Assembly (NCBI GenBank): GCA_964442455.1
Contig: CAYTZB010000005.1
Coordinates: 5,152 to 69,151, forward strand
Source: an uncultured Gammaproteobacteria bacterium
GTDB taxonomy: Bacteria; Patescibacteriota; Microgenomatia; UBA8517; JACQJR01
Reading direction: 5' to 3'
DNA: 64,000 nt
Shown here: positions 46,996-55,991 of the stretch, one piece after another
How positions within the stretch are numbered: position 1 is the stretch's first letter
Layout: every line of letters starts with the position of its first letter
Notes under the pieces: generated by a model
Databases searched by the model: none
What the model was told of the DNA's origin: nothing
Seen by the model: only the letters and a program-made list of their open reading frames with translations
Translations under genes and position numbers: made by a program

Positions 46996-47030
46996 TATAA
47001 AATAAACTCCGCGGTTTATAGCGGAGTTAA
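46996..47030 (-). terminator. Rho-independent terminator downstream of the metzincin gene
   Basis: On the minus strand, AACTCCGC-tataaacc-GCGGAGTT (8-bp stem) is followed by TTATTTTATAT. Confidence 0.5.
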
Positions 47031-47256
47031 CATGGAAACTATAAGTTTGTTGTATGCAAAACAGGATTGGCAGAGTAATATCTTCATAAAAATGGGCAGA
47101 ATAGATAAGGAGGGCAGGAGGTTTTTTAAGATTTTATGGTCTTTTTTAGGCTATAGGGTACGGATTATATTGTCAAGATGAACAAAAGTAATCAAAGAGG
47201 TTTAAAATGGGTCAATCATTCCTGAGAAATATTACGTAGTAAGAGGTAAATATTTT

Positions 47257-48009
47257 CTAGTTACTACAACCTGGCCCGGGAGATGTATTTCCAGTGGAGT
47301 AAAGTACATCCATACCTAATTTATCCCCTAATCCTAAAGTTCGCTTCTGGGTTTCTCCAAGACCAGCAAATCTATAGGAAGTTAGACAACCATCTTTAGG
47401 GGCATTCGTATGATCAAGTCCCGCAACATGAAGCCATTCATGGGTAAGAGCATTTTGAACATCATAAGTTGTTGGACTGTCCCCAACTGACCATGGCTCA
47501 GATGTGTCAATTGTTATAACAAAACCGCCTATTTCCTTTGTCGCAACATTACGACAAACACGAGCGGAAGCAAGAGCGCCACCCTCTCCATCAATTGCTG
47601 TCCATTGAACAGTATTTGGATCCCCAGTACAGAGGTTTTCTTGAGCGGTAGAATCGTCCCGACTAAATTCACGAGTGATTATAAACCCATCAACTATATC
47701 TTCTGCATCAACAATCGCAGTATTACCCCCACTTACCGCTTCTGTTCCTGTAATCTTATACTCAACCATACCACCAGCAAACCATTTAATCCCCCCTTGC
47801 GTTAAATGAAAACTATTAGATTCTGTAGTCGGATGAGGACCAGGACCAGCATGAGTATCAGCTCCATAATCCACAAATACCTCTTCAACCCACTGCAGAC
47901 TGGGGGCGGTGACTCTTTTAGACGGAGCAGCAGAAGCAGGAAAGACAGCGAGAATTAAAAGGGTAAAAGCTACTATAGCAGTTGTTATTTTGCTAACACT
48001 AAAACTCAT
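47257..48009 (-). CDS. Secreted zinc metalloprotease, metzincin type (matrixin/snapalysin-like)
   Basis: 250 aa with a signal peptide. 'HEWLHVAGLDH' is the HExxHxxGxxH zinc-binding motif. Confidence 0.7.
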   Translation of the reverse strand: MSFSVSKITTAIVAFTLLILAVFPASAAPSKRVTAPSLQWVEEVFVDYGADTHAGPGPHPTTESNSFHLTQGGIKWFAGGMVEYKITGTEAVSGGNTAIVDAEDIVDGFIITREFSRDDSTAQENLCTGDPNTVQWTAIDGEGGALASARVCRNVATKEIGGFVITIDTSEPWSVGDSPTTYDVQNALTHEWLHVAGLDHTNAPKDGCLTSYRFAGLGETQKRTLGLGDKLGMDVLYSTGNTSPGPGCSN

Positions 48010-49160
48010 GGAGCGGTGGGGAGACCAAAACCGGCGTCGGGGTCATCGCCTACTCTTCCAATATCTGCATAGTTGTTGAGCGCTCTATTTTGAAGATAAG
48101 TCCTGGTTGCTGCAGCCGTCCCTTGCCATACTTTGGCAGAAAGACCGGCAACATGAGGGGTTGCCATTGAAGTACCAGAGATAGTGTAATAACACCCATT
48201 TTTCCAAGTTGACTCAACCGAAACTCCTGGTGCCGCAAATTCTATATCGCGCGCTTCTACCACATATGGGGTAGTGTTGTAGTTGTTACCGCGTGAGGAC
48301 CAGTTGGCAATTGCATCGCTTGAATTTATTGCACCAACCGCTACCACATTCGCAAGCGCGGCGGGATAAAGAATTGTGTTATCCGCTGGCCCACTATTTC
48401 CCGCTGCTGCCACAATGAGCACTCCTTTGCCAACTGCATAATTAAAAGCATTTACCTCATCTTGTGTTATTGAAGATCCCCCAAGACTTAGGTTAATAAT
48501 ATTCGCTCCGTTGTCAGCTGCATAGCGAACACCCCTGGCAATATCATCACTCCAGCATAAACCTCCGTTTGAGCATACCTTAATAGCCATAATCTTGGCA
48601 GCGGGCGCAACTCCCAAAATTTTCCCATTGGCTGCAATCGTGCCTGCCACATGGGTACCGTGCCCGTTCCCATCACTACATCGAGCGAGAATTGTTGAGT
48701 ATTGTGCATCGCGGCAATCAACAATGTTGTTTTTCAAATCCGGATGGTCTTTCTTAACACCGGTATCAATAACCGCTACTTTAATTCCACTTCCCGAGCC
48801 TGCCTGACCACCGTTCACCTTCGAGATGCCCCATGGTGTCTGGGTAGATGGTGAACAAGTTGCTTGAGTTTCACGATGGGAAGCGACAGAGGGAACTTCA
48901 AGAAGTTGCCACTGACTCGCCATTCCGCGGAATTCTAAATTGGGGTTTGTTTGTAATCGCTCTATAGTTGAAATGGGTGCTTCTATAGAGAAGACACCAT
49001 CACCAAAGTCATGATGAATATAACGGGAGATTGAAGTTAAAGCTGTGGGAGACGTAACTTTAAAGTACGCCCGACCAATTTCTTGAGCTTGAACGCTGGA
49101 GAGGATTGTTCCTGCAAAGAATGCAACTACAACCGCAAAGATAATGAGGAGTTTTTTCAT
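48006..49160 (-). CDS. Subtilisin-like serine protease (S8 family), secreted
   Basis: 384 aa with a signal peptide. The catalytic triad motifs are 'VAVIDTGV', 'HGTHVAGTIAA' and 'GTSMATPHVAG'. Confidence 0.85.
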   Translation of the reverse strand: MKKLLIIFAVVVAFFAGTILSSVQAQEIGRAYFKVTSPTALTSISRYIHHDFGDGVFSIEAPISTIERLQTNPNLEFRGMASQWQLLEVPSVASHRETQATCSPSTQTPWGISKVNGGQAGSGSGIKVAVIDTGVKKDHPDLKNNIVDCRDAQYSTILARCSDGNGHGTHVAGTIAANGKILGVAPAAKIMAIKVCSNGGLCWSDDIARGVRYAADNGANIINLSLGGSSITQDEVNAFNYAVGKGVLIVAAAGNSGPADNTILYPAALANVVAVGAINSSDAIANWSSRGNNYNTTPYVVEARDIEFAAPGVSVESTWKNGCYYTISGTSMATPHVAGLSAKVWQGTAAATRTYLQNRALNNYADIGRVGDDPDAGFGLPTAP

Positions 49161-49175
49161 TACGGTATCTCTACT

Positions 49176-49631
49176 TTACACCAGCATAGATTCTGTGTCA
49201 AGCATTATTTTGCGGCTATTTTCATCAAATTGCTCAAAATTAATCCAAATAGTACTTTTTGGAAGAAATCTTCTTATCTTTTCCGCCCATTCAATTGCAA
49301 TAATATTCTCCTGTTTCCCCCAAATCTCACCAAATCCCAAACCTTTAATTTCATGCTCAATATTTTTTTCTAATCGGTAAAGGTCCACATGATAGAAGTG
49401 GGTGATTGGGTTATTGGGTGGCTGGGTAACTAGGTAATGGCGCATAATTATGAACGTTGGTGAGATAACCCTTTTTTTAATTCCCAAACCTTCTGCCAAT
49501 CCTTGGACAAATGTCGTCTTCCCGCTTCCTAACTCTCCCACCAGCGCCAAAATCTCACCGCCTGAAAGTTTCCGTGCAAATCTTTTCGCAACTCTCTCCG
49601 TTTCCTCTGATGAATTTGTAACAATTTCCAT
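49176..49631 (-). CDS. tsaE: tRNA t6A37 biosynthesis ATPase TsaE (YjeE)
   Basis: 151 aa. 'GEILALVGELGSGKTTFVQGL', 'SPTFIIMRHY' and 'HVDLYRL' are TsaE motifs. Confidence 0.8.
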   Translation of the reverse strand: MEIVTNSSEETERVAKRFARKLSGGEILALVGELGSGKTTFVQGLAEGLGIKKRVISPTFIIMRHYLVTQPPNNPITHFYHVDLYRLEKNIEHEIKGLGFGEIWGKQENIIAIEWAEKIRRFLPKSTIWINFEQFDENSRKIMLDTESMLV

Positions 49632-49637
49632 AGTTCT

Positions 49638-49663
49638 GTTTTAATGTTTCGAAACATTAAAAC
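49638..49663. promoter_or_regulatory. Perfect 26-bp palindrome GTTTTAATGTTTC|GAAACATTAAAAC, 7 nt upstream of the tsaE start (copy 1 of 3)
   Basis: Read directly. The core TGTTTCGAAACA is shared with the copies at 50564-50589 and 51087-51110. Confidence 0.6.
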
Positions 49664-49686
49664 AATCATCAGCCCAATGTTTCTTC

Positions 49687-50583
49687 TCACTCTTTATCGG
49701 TATCAGTTAAATTTATAGTTTTTCTCTCTCTCATAAACACAATTGTCGTCCCAACAAGAAAACTTAGTCCTGTAATAATAAAGATTACAGGCAAAACAGG
49801 CAATTCTTTGAACCAACCGCCTATTTTTGTTTCCTCTCCTAGTGTCGGTGAAGGAGAAGAAGTTTGTCCCTCTTGCAAACCAAGTACAATTGGCTCTGAT
49901 GTTGGAGAAGGAGAATTTTTTGGGCTGGCCGTTGGCTTTGGCGTAGGAGTCTTTGTAGGAGTTGGAGTTTTGGTTGGGGTGGGAGTAGGTGTCTTTGTGG
50001 GCGTCGGTGCAAGAGTCTGCGAGGGGGTTGGGGTTGGAGAAGGAGTGGGAGAAGGTGTGGGTGTTTGAGGTATAGAGTTAGTCGATCCTTTAGTTGCAGT
50101 TTGTAAGATTGAGAATATCCCTGTACGATCAGGACTCCTCCCTATCGATATACCGTCACCAGGATTCGAAGTATACTGGTACTGATCAACAATCGCCCCA
50201 GAAGAATCAAAAAGCACCACATGATCCCATTCTCCGGCGCTGTTGGCACTGTTGTTTAAAAAGGAATCCATCTCTATAAAGGGGTATGTCGTGCTCGTAG
50301 TAACAAGATCAGCCAAGACTTTCTTGGTGCTACTCCCAGTATCGGTTGTAAAATCCGTATCGTCATCAAGCCAATAGGACTTTAAGAATTCAGCACTACT
50401 TGATGCATTATAAAACTCAACCCACTCAGGATTCCCATCAACCAAAAACTCATTTATCACCACCTGTGCAAAAGAATTCGTTGGGAAAACCAACCAAAGA
50501 ATAAAAAATAAACCTAAGGAGAAAACTGCTTTCGTTAAACCAAAGATAACTATATTCAATTTTGTTTTAATGTTTCGAAACAT
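49687..50583 (-). CDS. Lamin-tail-domain (LTD) cell-surface protein with a Pro/Thr-rich linker and a C-terminal TM anchor
   Basis: After the signal peptide, '[22 protein letters not shown]...YWLDDD' is an LTD. Then comes '(PTPS/PTKT)n', about 70 aa of low complexity, then '[24 protein letters not shown]'. Confidence 0.6.
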   Translation of the reverse strand: MFRNIKTKLNIVIFGLTKAVFSLGLFFILWLVFPTNSFAQVVINEFLVDGNPEWVEFYNASSSAEFLKSYWLDDDTDFTTDTGSSTKKVLADLVTTSTTYPFIEMDSFLNNSANSAGEWDHVVLFDSSGAIVDQYQYTSNPGDGISIGRSPDRTGIFSILQTATKGSTNSIPQTPTPSPTPSPTPTPSQTLAPTPTKTPTPTPTKTPTPTKTPTPKPTASPKNSPSPTSEPIVLGLQEGQTSSPSPTLGEETKIGGWFKELPVLPVIFIITGLSFLVGTTIVFMRERKTINLTDTDKE

Positions 50584-50589
50584 CGAAGC
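50564..50589. promoter_or_regulatory. Palindromic operator copy 2 (GTTTTAATGTTTCGAAACATCGAAGC), overlapping the ATG of the LTD gene
   Basis: The left half-site and the 12-bp core are perfect. The right arm diverges (CATCGAAGC vs CATTAAAAC). Confidence 0.55.
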
Positions 50590-50592
50590 AAT

Positions 50593-51060
50593 TTAGAGCT
50601 GTTTAGCTCTCTTCCTTTTGCGAATCTCCTCCTTAAGAGAAACCCATGCGTGGCTCTTTCTCCCAGGAAGCGAGAAAAGTGCTGCCATAGCTTCACCCAC
50701 ATCCAACCAAAACCGCTCCATCCGTTCATCTTGCAAAATGGTGTTCACTACCCGCTTATATCCAGAACCAGTGTTATATTGCAGTGAAATTTTGCCAATT
50801 GTTGATGTACTCACCCTAAGGAGTTTAGAAATCTCTCTCCAATCATACCCTTTAACCAAAAGAAGTGCGATTGCCAAGCGCTTAGAAAGCATTATCTGTT
50901 CAGTTGGAGATAAAAGATCTCGCAAGAAAACTGTAATCTCGCTTTTTATTCTTAAATGGGCAATTGTGCTTAAAAATATCTCAAAGATATGGGTGTAGAC
51001 TTCTTGGGAAATAGGGTACTTTGAAACTTGCGCCATAGATATATATCCATTATTGCACAT
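50593..51060 (-). CDS. TrpR-like YerC/YecD-family DNA-binding protein
   Basis: 155 aa. 'DLLSPTEQIMLSKRLAIALLLVKGYDWREISKLLRVSTSTIGKIS' matches the YerC/YecD (Trp-repressor-like) HTH region. Confidence 0.55.
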   Translation of the reverse strand: MCNNGYISMAQVSKYPISQEVYTHIFEIFLSTIAHLRIKSEITVFLRDLLSPTEQIMLSKRLAIALLLVKGYDWREISKLLRVSTSTIGKISLQYNTGSGYKRVVNTILQDERMERFWLDVGEAMAALFSLPGRKSHAWVSLKEEIRKRKRAKQL

Positions 51061-51086
51061 CTTAGTAATATGACTAGAGAGTGCAT

Positions 51087-51110
51087 GTTTTAATGTTTCG
51101 AAACATCGAA
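51087..51110. promoter_or_regulatory. Palindromic operator copy 3 (GTTTTAATGTTTCGAAACATCGAA), about 27 nt upstream of the YerC-like gene start
   Basis: Same motif as the other two copies. Its position is consistent with autoregulation. Confidence 0.55.
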
Positions 51111-51204
51111 ACCTAAGAAGTCGATGTAAATGTAATTCAATTTAATCGGTCAATGGTGGATTTATAAAAATGGATTAAGGATAACTTCCGAACCGAGTAA
51201 GCCC

Positions 51205-52326
51205 CTATTGAACGTGCCAGTACCAAGAGATTGTCTTCTCTCCGTGGTCAATGGCAACGAAGTTCATTGGTGAGCTACCACACGCGACTGTTCCTTTATA
51301 AAGTGTCCCGTCAACGGGCGCTCGTATGGCAACATTATCCGAGGTCATATCAAGCCCTGTATGCGGTCGGCCGCCATAAAAGCCCGTTCTTGCCCAGTAG
51401 GTCATGCCAAATCCCTGGGTAATACGTGGATTATCAATCGGCCACGCAAGGCTACCGGTAAACGGAAATGGACCGTCAGGCGCATTATCCCATTGGACAT
51501 CCCGAGAAGAAAGATATCCTGCCGGATCAACACTAGTCCCATCCTTTTGAATCTCAAAGTGAAGATGAGGTCCCGTTGAACAACCGGGAGAACCAGAGTT
51601 GCCAATGAGGGCAATCGTCGTTCCCTTATTTACCGGTTGACCATTTTTAAGGAGGGCTGCTGCATTGCGCATTGCGGCGGCAATGGCTGCTTGCTCGGCT
51701 CGCGCTTTACTCAACAGCTCCTGGAATCTCCTTTCATCATTTTTTGTGACTTCAAGGAGTTTCTGCTTTCCTGCACGCTGGCTAGCCAAGAATGCCCGCT
51801 GCTGTTCTAATTGTTTCTCAAGTTTTTCGAGCTCGGCCTTATCTTCCTCAAAACTTATTTGTGACGTTTGAAGGCGCACCAGCAAATTCTGGTCACGTTG
51901 CTGCACCAGCCGTAAATAATGGAGCCGAGAGAAAAGACTGGGGAGATCTTGGGAAGTCAGAAGAAAGACAAGCGGATCTCCTAATCTGACTAATTGATAT
52001 GAGGCTACCACTCGCTGCTCAAATGCGTTTGATAGCTCAACAATAGATATTTCAAGAGCATTAATTTTGGCGGAGAGTGAGGTAATATCTGCTTCCGTTT
52101 GGTCTATGCGTAACTCCGTTAATTGTATCTGGGTATTGAAATTCGCAATTTGATTGGCGAGGGTATTTTTTTGTTGAGAAAGCTCTATTAGTTTTTGCTC
52201 AAGTTGCTTAATCTCCTCAATCTTGCGCTGATAATCTTCCTCGAGACTTGCCCCTAAGGGAGCCACACTCACCAGAAGCACGATACCTGCAACAAAAAGT
52301 GCTGTAATCTTCGCAAACCAACTCAT
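51205..52326 (-). CDS. envC: M23-family murein DD-endopeptidase with an N-terminal coiled coil (EnvC-like)
   Basis: 373 aa. The N-terminal signal/TM is followed by a roughly 200-aa coiled coil. The C-terminal 'GPHLHFEI...HTGLD...IDHG' is the LytM/M23 motif set. Lies downstream of ftsE-ftsX. Confidence 0.75.
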   Translation of the reverse strand: MSWFAKITALFVAGIVLLVSVAPLGASLEEDYQRKIEEIKQLEQKLIELSQQKNTLANQIANFNTQIQLTELRIDQTEADITSLSAKINALEISIVELSNAFEQRVVASYQLVRLGDPLVFLLTSQDLPSLFSRLHYLRLVQQRDQNLLVRLQTSQISFEEDKAELEKLEKQLEQQRAFLASQRAGKQKLLEVTKNDERRFQELLSKARAEQAAIAAAMRNAAALLKNGQPVNKGTTIALIGNSGSPGCSTGPHLHFEIQKDGTSVDPAGYLSSRDVQWDNAPDGPFPFTGSLAWPIDNPRITQGFGMTYWARTGFYGGRPHTGLDMTSDNVAIRAPVDGTLYKGTVACGSSPMNFVAIDHGEKTISWYWHVQ

Positions 52327-52341
52327 ACAAGAATGCCCGCT

Positions 52342-53259
52342 TCATCTCATTTTAAGGTAGCGAGCAATGGCAAACCACGCTCCTACAATACCAATCAAAA
52401 GTGCAGCAGTCAATTCTATGCCGGCGAGTATTCCCAGTTGTGCAAGAAGAGTAGGTATCTCCCGCAAGATAGAAAGAATTTCACCAAAGTATTTTGCAAG
52501 ATTGGGCATTAAATATAAAAATAGGAGAGTAGCGGTAATAAATCCTGCAAGCGCTCCGGTGAGCGCATATATTATCCCCTCAAACAGAAACGGGGCGCGG
52601 ATAAATCCCGGCGTTGCCCCAATGAGCGTTAATACCTGTATTTCTTCCCGGCGGCTAGCAACACGCGTACCAATAACCACAAGCAATGTCAAAAGAGCAG
52701 TGACAGACAAAAACGAAAGAAGCGCCACGCCCCCTATTCTCACATATCGGGTAATCCTCTGCAGGTTCCCAATAACGGTAGCGAGTGACGTCTCTCCCCC
52801 CAAACTCGCCGTAAACTCAACACGGTCAACAATGGGTACTTGTTTGACCTCCGCAATCACCTCTTGTGTGTATGAAAGATTAGTTACGGAAAACTCAAGA
52901 GAGGCAGGCAACACATCAGGACTCACGAGTTCTGTAACCAAGGGATTGTCAGCGGTTTCTCTATAAATTTGCAACGCCTCCTCGTGAGAGACATAGCGAA
53001 TATCGCTGCGAACCCGAGCATCATTGGCGAGTTTTTGGGAAAGTGCGGAAACTGCTTCCGGAGTTGCATCATTTTTCAAGAAGGCAATAATTTGCGGCCG
53101 CGTTTCAAAGTAATGGAGTGTCGAAGTTGCGATGTATGCGGTAAATGCAAAAATAGTCGCAACAAAAAAAGTGAGCGTCATAACAAGGACTGCCGCAAGC
53201 GCTTGGTAGGGCGAACGACGTATATGAACAAGGGCAGTACGGAGATGTTGGGCAAACAT
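52342..53259 (-). CDS. ftsX: Cell division permease-like protein FtsX
   Basis: 305 aa, with TM1, a large periplasmic domain and 3 C-terminal TM. Paired with ftsE. Confidence 0.8.
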   Translation of the reverse strand: MFAQHLRTALVHIRRSPYQALAAVLVMTLTFFVATIFAFTAYIATSTLHYFETRPQIIAFLKNDATPEAVSALSQKLANDARVRSDIRYVSHEEALQIYRETADNPLVTELVSPDVLPASLEFSVTNLSYTQEVIAEVKQVPIVDRVEFTASLGGETSLATVIGNLQRITRYVRIGGVALLSFLSVTALLTLLVVIGTRVASRREEIQVLTLIGATPGFIRAPFLFEGIIYALTGALAGFITATLLFLYLMPNLAKYFGEILSILREIPTLLAQLGILAGIELTAALLIGIVGAWFAIARYLKMR

Positions 53260-53939
53260 TAACTTTCTTTATATTTTCCGTGTTCTTGGTCACGAACAAT
53301 TCTTCCACCACGCAACTCAATCACATGATGTTTCATTCTGTCCACAATATCATGATTATGGGTTGCCATAAGAACGGTTGTTCCATCCTTGTTAATGTCA
53401 CTCATCAGCTCCACAATTTCCCATGCGGTATCGGGGTCAAGGTTTCCTGTCGGCTCATCAGCCAAAAGCAATTTGGGATTGTGAGCAAGTGCGCGTGCAA
53501 ACACTGCTCGTTGCAGTTCTCCTCCTGCCAATTGTGAGGGAAATGCATCAACTCTCTCTCTCAGTCCTACACGAGAGAGTACTTCATGAGCCCTAGAGAG
53601 TTGCTTCTCTTCCGGTTCATCAAATACGGCCAGCGCTAGTGCGACATTCTCGCCAACGGTTCTGTCGTGGAGCAGTTTAAAATCTTGAAATACCACCCCT
53701 ATTCTTCTTCTGTAAAAGGGAATATCCTGGCTTTTTAATTGAGCGATGTTTTTCCCTCCAAAAAGCACGTCACCCGCATCAGGCATGAATTCGCGAAGAA
53801 TAATGCGCAACAACGTTGTTTTGCCCGCCCCTGAAGGTCCAGTAATAAAGGCAAACTCTCCCGGCTCAATAGCGAAGGAAATACCTTCAAGCGCTACGAT
53901 GGAACCAAATTTCTTAGAAACATCCTTAAAAGTAATCAT
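53259..53939 (-). CDS. ftsE: Cell division ABC ATPase FtsE
   Basis: 'GPSGAGKTTLLRII' is the Walker A, 'LAGGELQRAVFARAL' the ABC signature, and 'LLLADEPTGNLD' the Walker B. The start was moved to MITFKDV (53939). The ORF-track start at 54011 adds 24 unlikely residues. Confidence 0.85.
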   Translation of the reverse strand: MITFKDVSKKFGSIVALEGISFAIEPGEFAFITGPSGAGKTTLLRIILREFMPDAGDVLFGGKNIAQLKSQDIPFYRRRIGVVFQDFKLLHDRTVGENVALALAVFDEPEEKQLSRAHEVLSRVGLRERVDAFPSQLAGGELQRAVFARALAHNPKLLLADEPTGNLDPDTAWEIVELMSDINKDGTTVLMATHNHDIVDRMKHHVIELRGGRIVRDQEHGKYKES

Positions 53940-54427
53940 TACTCTATTATCTTTATCCTTCCCACATCCATCAACCATCCTGCTTTTTGACCCTTGAACG
54001 TTTCTCCCCACACTTCTACCTTTTTATCTACAAACTCATTGAGGTTGATAACAGAAGAGGTAAGGTAGGCATTCTGCGAAGGTCCTCCCTCTCTTTCCAA
54101 ATGATGCGTTCCTTCACCATCTATCCCGCCTTTTTTCAAAACGCCAGTTGCTGAGTCTCTGAATGTTTTAGTATCTTCCAACCCAATCCCTTCTCCGGTA
54201 ACTTTAGCACCGGGAGCTACTTCAAATTTTCCACTGATACCCGCTGGACCTTTCTGAGAGAGGAAATATCCCGTGAATATTCCCGCCCCAATAACTACCA
54301 ATACCGCAAGGAGCATTGGGCGCGGAAGGCCACGCACGAAAGAAAACTTCGCAAATAGCGTCGCTTTTTGTGGCACTGCTCTGGGTGCTGCTTGCTGCTG
54401 CTGTTGGGTTTGTTGTGTCGGGTCCAT
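53939..54427 (-). CDS. Hypothetical membrane-anchored protein (Gln-rich N-terminus, single TM)
   Basis: 162 aa. 'MDPTQQTQQQQQAAPRAV' is followed by the TM segment 'MLLAVLVVIGAGIFTGYFL'. The stop overlaps the ftsE ATG (ATGA). Confidence 0.4.
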   Translation of the reverse strand: MDPTQQTQQQQQAAPRAVPQKATLFAKFSFVRGLPRPMLLAVLVVIGAGIFTGYFLSQKGPAGISGKFEVAPGAKVTGEGIGLEDTKTFRDSATGVLKKGGIDGEGTHHLEREGGPSQNAYLTSSVINLNEFVDKKVEVWGETFKGQKAGWLMDVGRIKIIE

Positions 54428-54455
54428 ATTATACTCTCTATTTTTACCTCTTCTT

Positions 54456-55490
54456 CTACACGCTAGTCAAGCTGCTGATTACAAATTCGTCAAGTTTTCC
54501 ATCAAGCACACCTTCCGCATCAGACAGTTCTACCCCTGTTCTTAAATCTTTTACCATTTTATAGGGGTGAAGTACATATGAGCGACGTTGCGCCCCCCAA
54601 GACGCAGGTTTGTATTCGCCCCTCAATGCTTTTTTCTCTTTTTCTTTTCTTTCCTGTTCCCTAACCCACAACTTTGCCGCAAGCAAGCGCAGAGCAATTT
54701 TTCTATTTTGCTCTTGGAAACGCTCTGTTTGGGCGGTAACGACTATTCCTGTGGGCTTGTGCGTTAACCGCACGGCAGTTGACACCTTCTGGACATTTTG
54801 CCCACCGTGTCCTGAAGCACGGAAAAATTGCCACTCAAGCTCGTCTTCTTTAATACCTATTTGCTCTGTTTCGGGTAGTTGAGGAAGTACCTCAACCAAC
54901 GCAAATGAAGTTTGGCGAAGCCGCGCCGCATTAAAAGGAGACTGGCGCACGAGACGGTGTGCTCCCGCTTCATGTTTTAAATAGCCATACGCATATGGTC
55001 CGTCAACGAAAAGTGTTGCTGATTTAACCCCTGCTTCCTCTCCAGGCACAATATCAACCATCTCAACCTTCCAACCACGGCGTTCAGCAAAGCGCATGTA
55101 CATACGCTCGAGCATTTGCGCCCAATCCATTGCCTCGACTCCCCCTTGCCCCGCGTGAATTGAAATAATCGCCGGTTCTTTATCATACGGACCCGACAAA
55201 AATGCTAAAACTTCTAGCTTCTTTAGTTCTTTGTCTACTTCACTTAACTCGAAATTCTCCGCTATCTGCTTTTCTACCTTTTCCACCTCACCTACTTGCT
55301 CTTGAAGTAGAGAAAGCTCACTCATTAACTTTCCGGCTCTACCCGAATCCTGCCAAAAAGAGGGGTTTTGCGACTCACGACTCAACTCCCCTATCCGCTT
55401 TTTCTTTCCGGGAACATCAAGCGCAGACTTTAATTTCTCTACTCGTTCTTGTAATTCAACTTTCGTTGCCATACCCACCAATTGTACCAA
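54456..55490 (-). CDS. prfB: Peptide chain release factor 2 (single uninterrupted frame)
   Basis: 344 aa. The 'SPF' tripeptide ('RQSPFNAARLRQTSFALV') is RF2-specific, and 'SGHGGQNVQK' is the GGQ motif. Confidence 0.85.
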   Translation of the reverse strand: MVQLVGMATKVELQERVEKLKSALDVPGKKKRIGELSRESQNPSFWQDSGRAGKLMSELSLLQEQVGEVEKVEKQIAENFELSEVDKELKKLEVLAFLSGPYDKEPAIISIHAGQGGVEAMDWAQMLERMYMRFAERRGWKVEMVDIVPGEEAGVKSATLFVDGPYAYGYLKHEAGAHRLVRQSPFNAARLRQTSFALVEVLPQLPETEQIGIKEDELEWQFFRASGHGGQNVQKVSTAVRLTHKPTGIVVTAQTERFQEQNRKIALRLLAAKLWVREQERKEKEKKALRGEYKPASWGAQRRSYVLHPYKMVKDLRTGVELSDAEGVLDGKLDEFVISSLTSV

Positions 55491-55526
55491 ACGACTGCAA
55501 CTAAAGGTGAATATAATTGAGATACT

Positions 55527-55991
55527 CTAGGGAGTACAAATTAACTGGCGGGCTTTTTGCCGCTCAAGAGAGGACAAACTCTGGAATTCTAAAACTACAT
55601 CTGCCGCGCCCGTTGCTTCTTCTGCGGCACTCAAGGTTTTTGGTTCCCCTGCTAGGGACTGCGCAAGTTCTGTGAGATTTTTCTGAAGAAATACACGGAC
55701 GCCTTGCGGGGTCCGCTCATTTTTTATTGCTTCAACCACTAAGGTTCTTCCTCCTACCAATAAAAACGCCTCAACTGCAAGCGCGAGCACAATACCAAGC
55801 ACTATCCCAAACCATGCCCCTCTTATACTCCAAGAAAGCATGTGATGGCGGGTAAAGGCAAAAAGAAGGAGAAAAAGAAAAATCCCTACACCAATGAAGA
55901 ACGCTTTCTGCGTTCCGGGAGAGACGTACGCTCCAAGCATAGAGAAAAACTCACCCCCTCGTAAATACACCTCTCCTATAACATTTTCCAT
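55527..55991 (-). CDS. Hypothetical membrane protein (3-4 TM)
   Basis: Start trimmed to MENVIGEVYL (55991). The ORF-track start at 56102 overlaps the upstream gene. Confidence 0.4.
   Translation of the reverse strand: MENVIGEVYLRGGEFFSMLGAYVSPGTQKAFFIGVGIFLFLLLFAFTRHHMLSWSIRGAWFGIVLGIVLALAVEAFLLVGGRTLVVEAIKNERTPQGVRVFLQKNLTELAQSLAGEPKTLSAAEEATGAADVVLEFQSLSSLERQKARQLICTP

Noticed and set aside
46699-47181. 160-aa ORF (+) spanning the tasA-like/metzincin intergenic region
   Set aside because: It overlaps the start of the SipW-cognate-signal gene on the other strand and runs through a terminator hairpin. It has no RBS, so it is a spurious frame.
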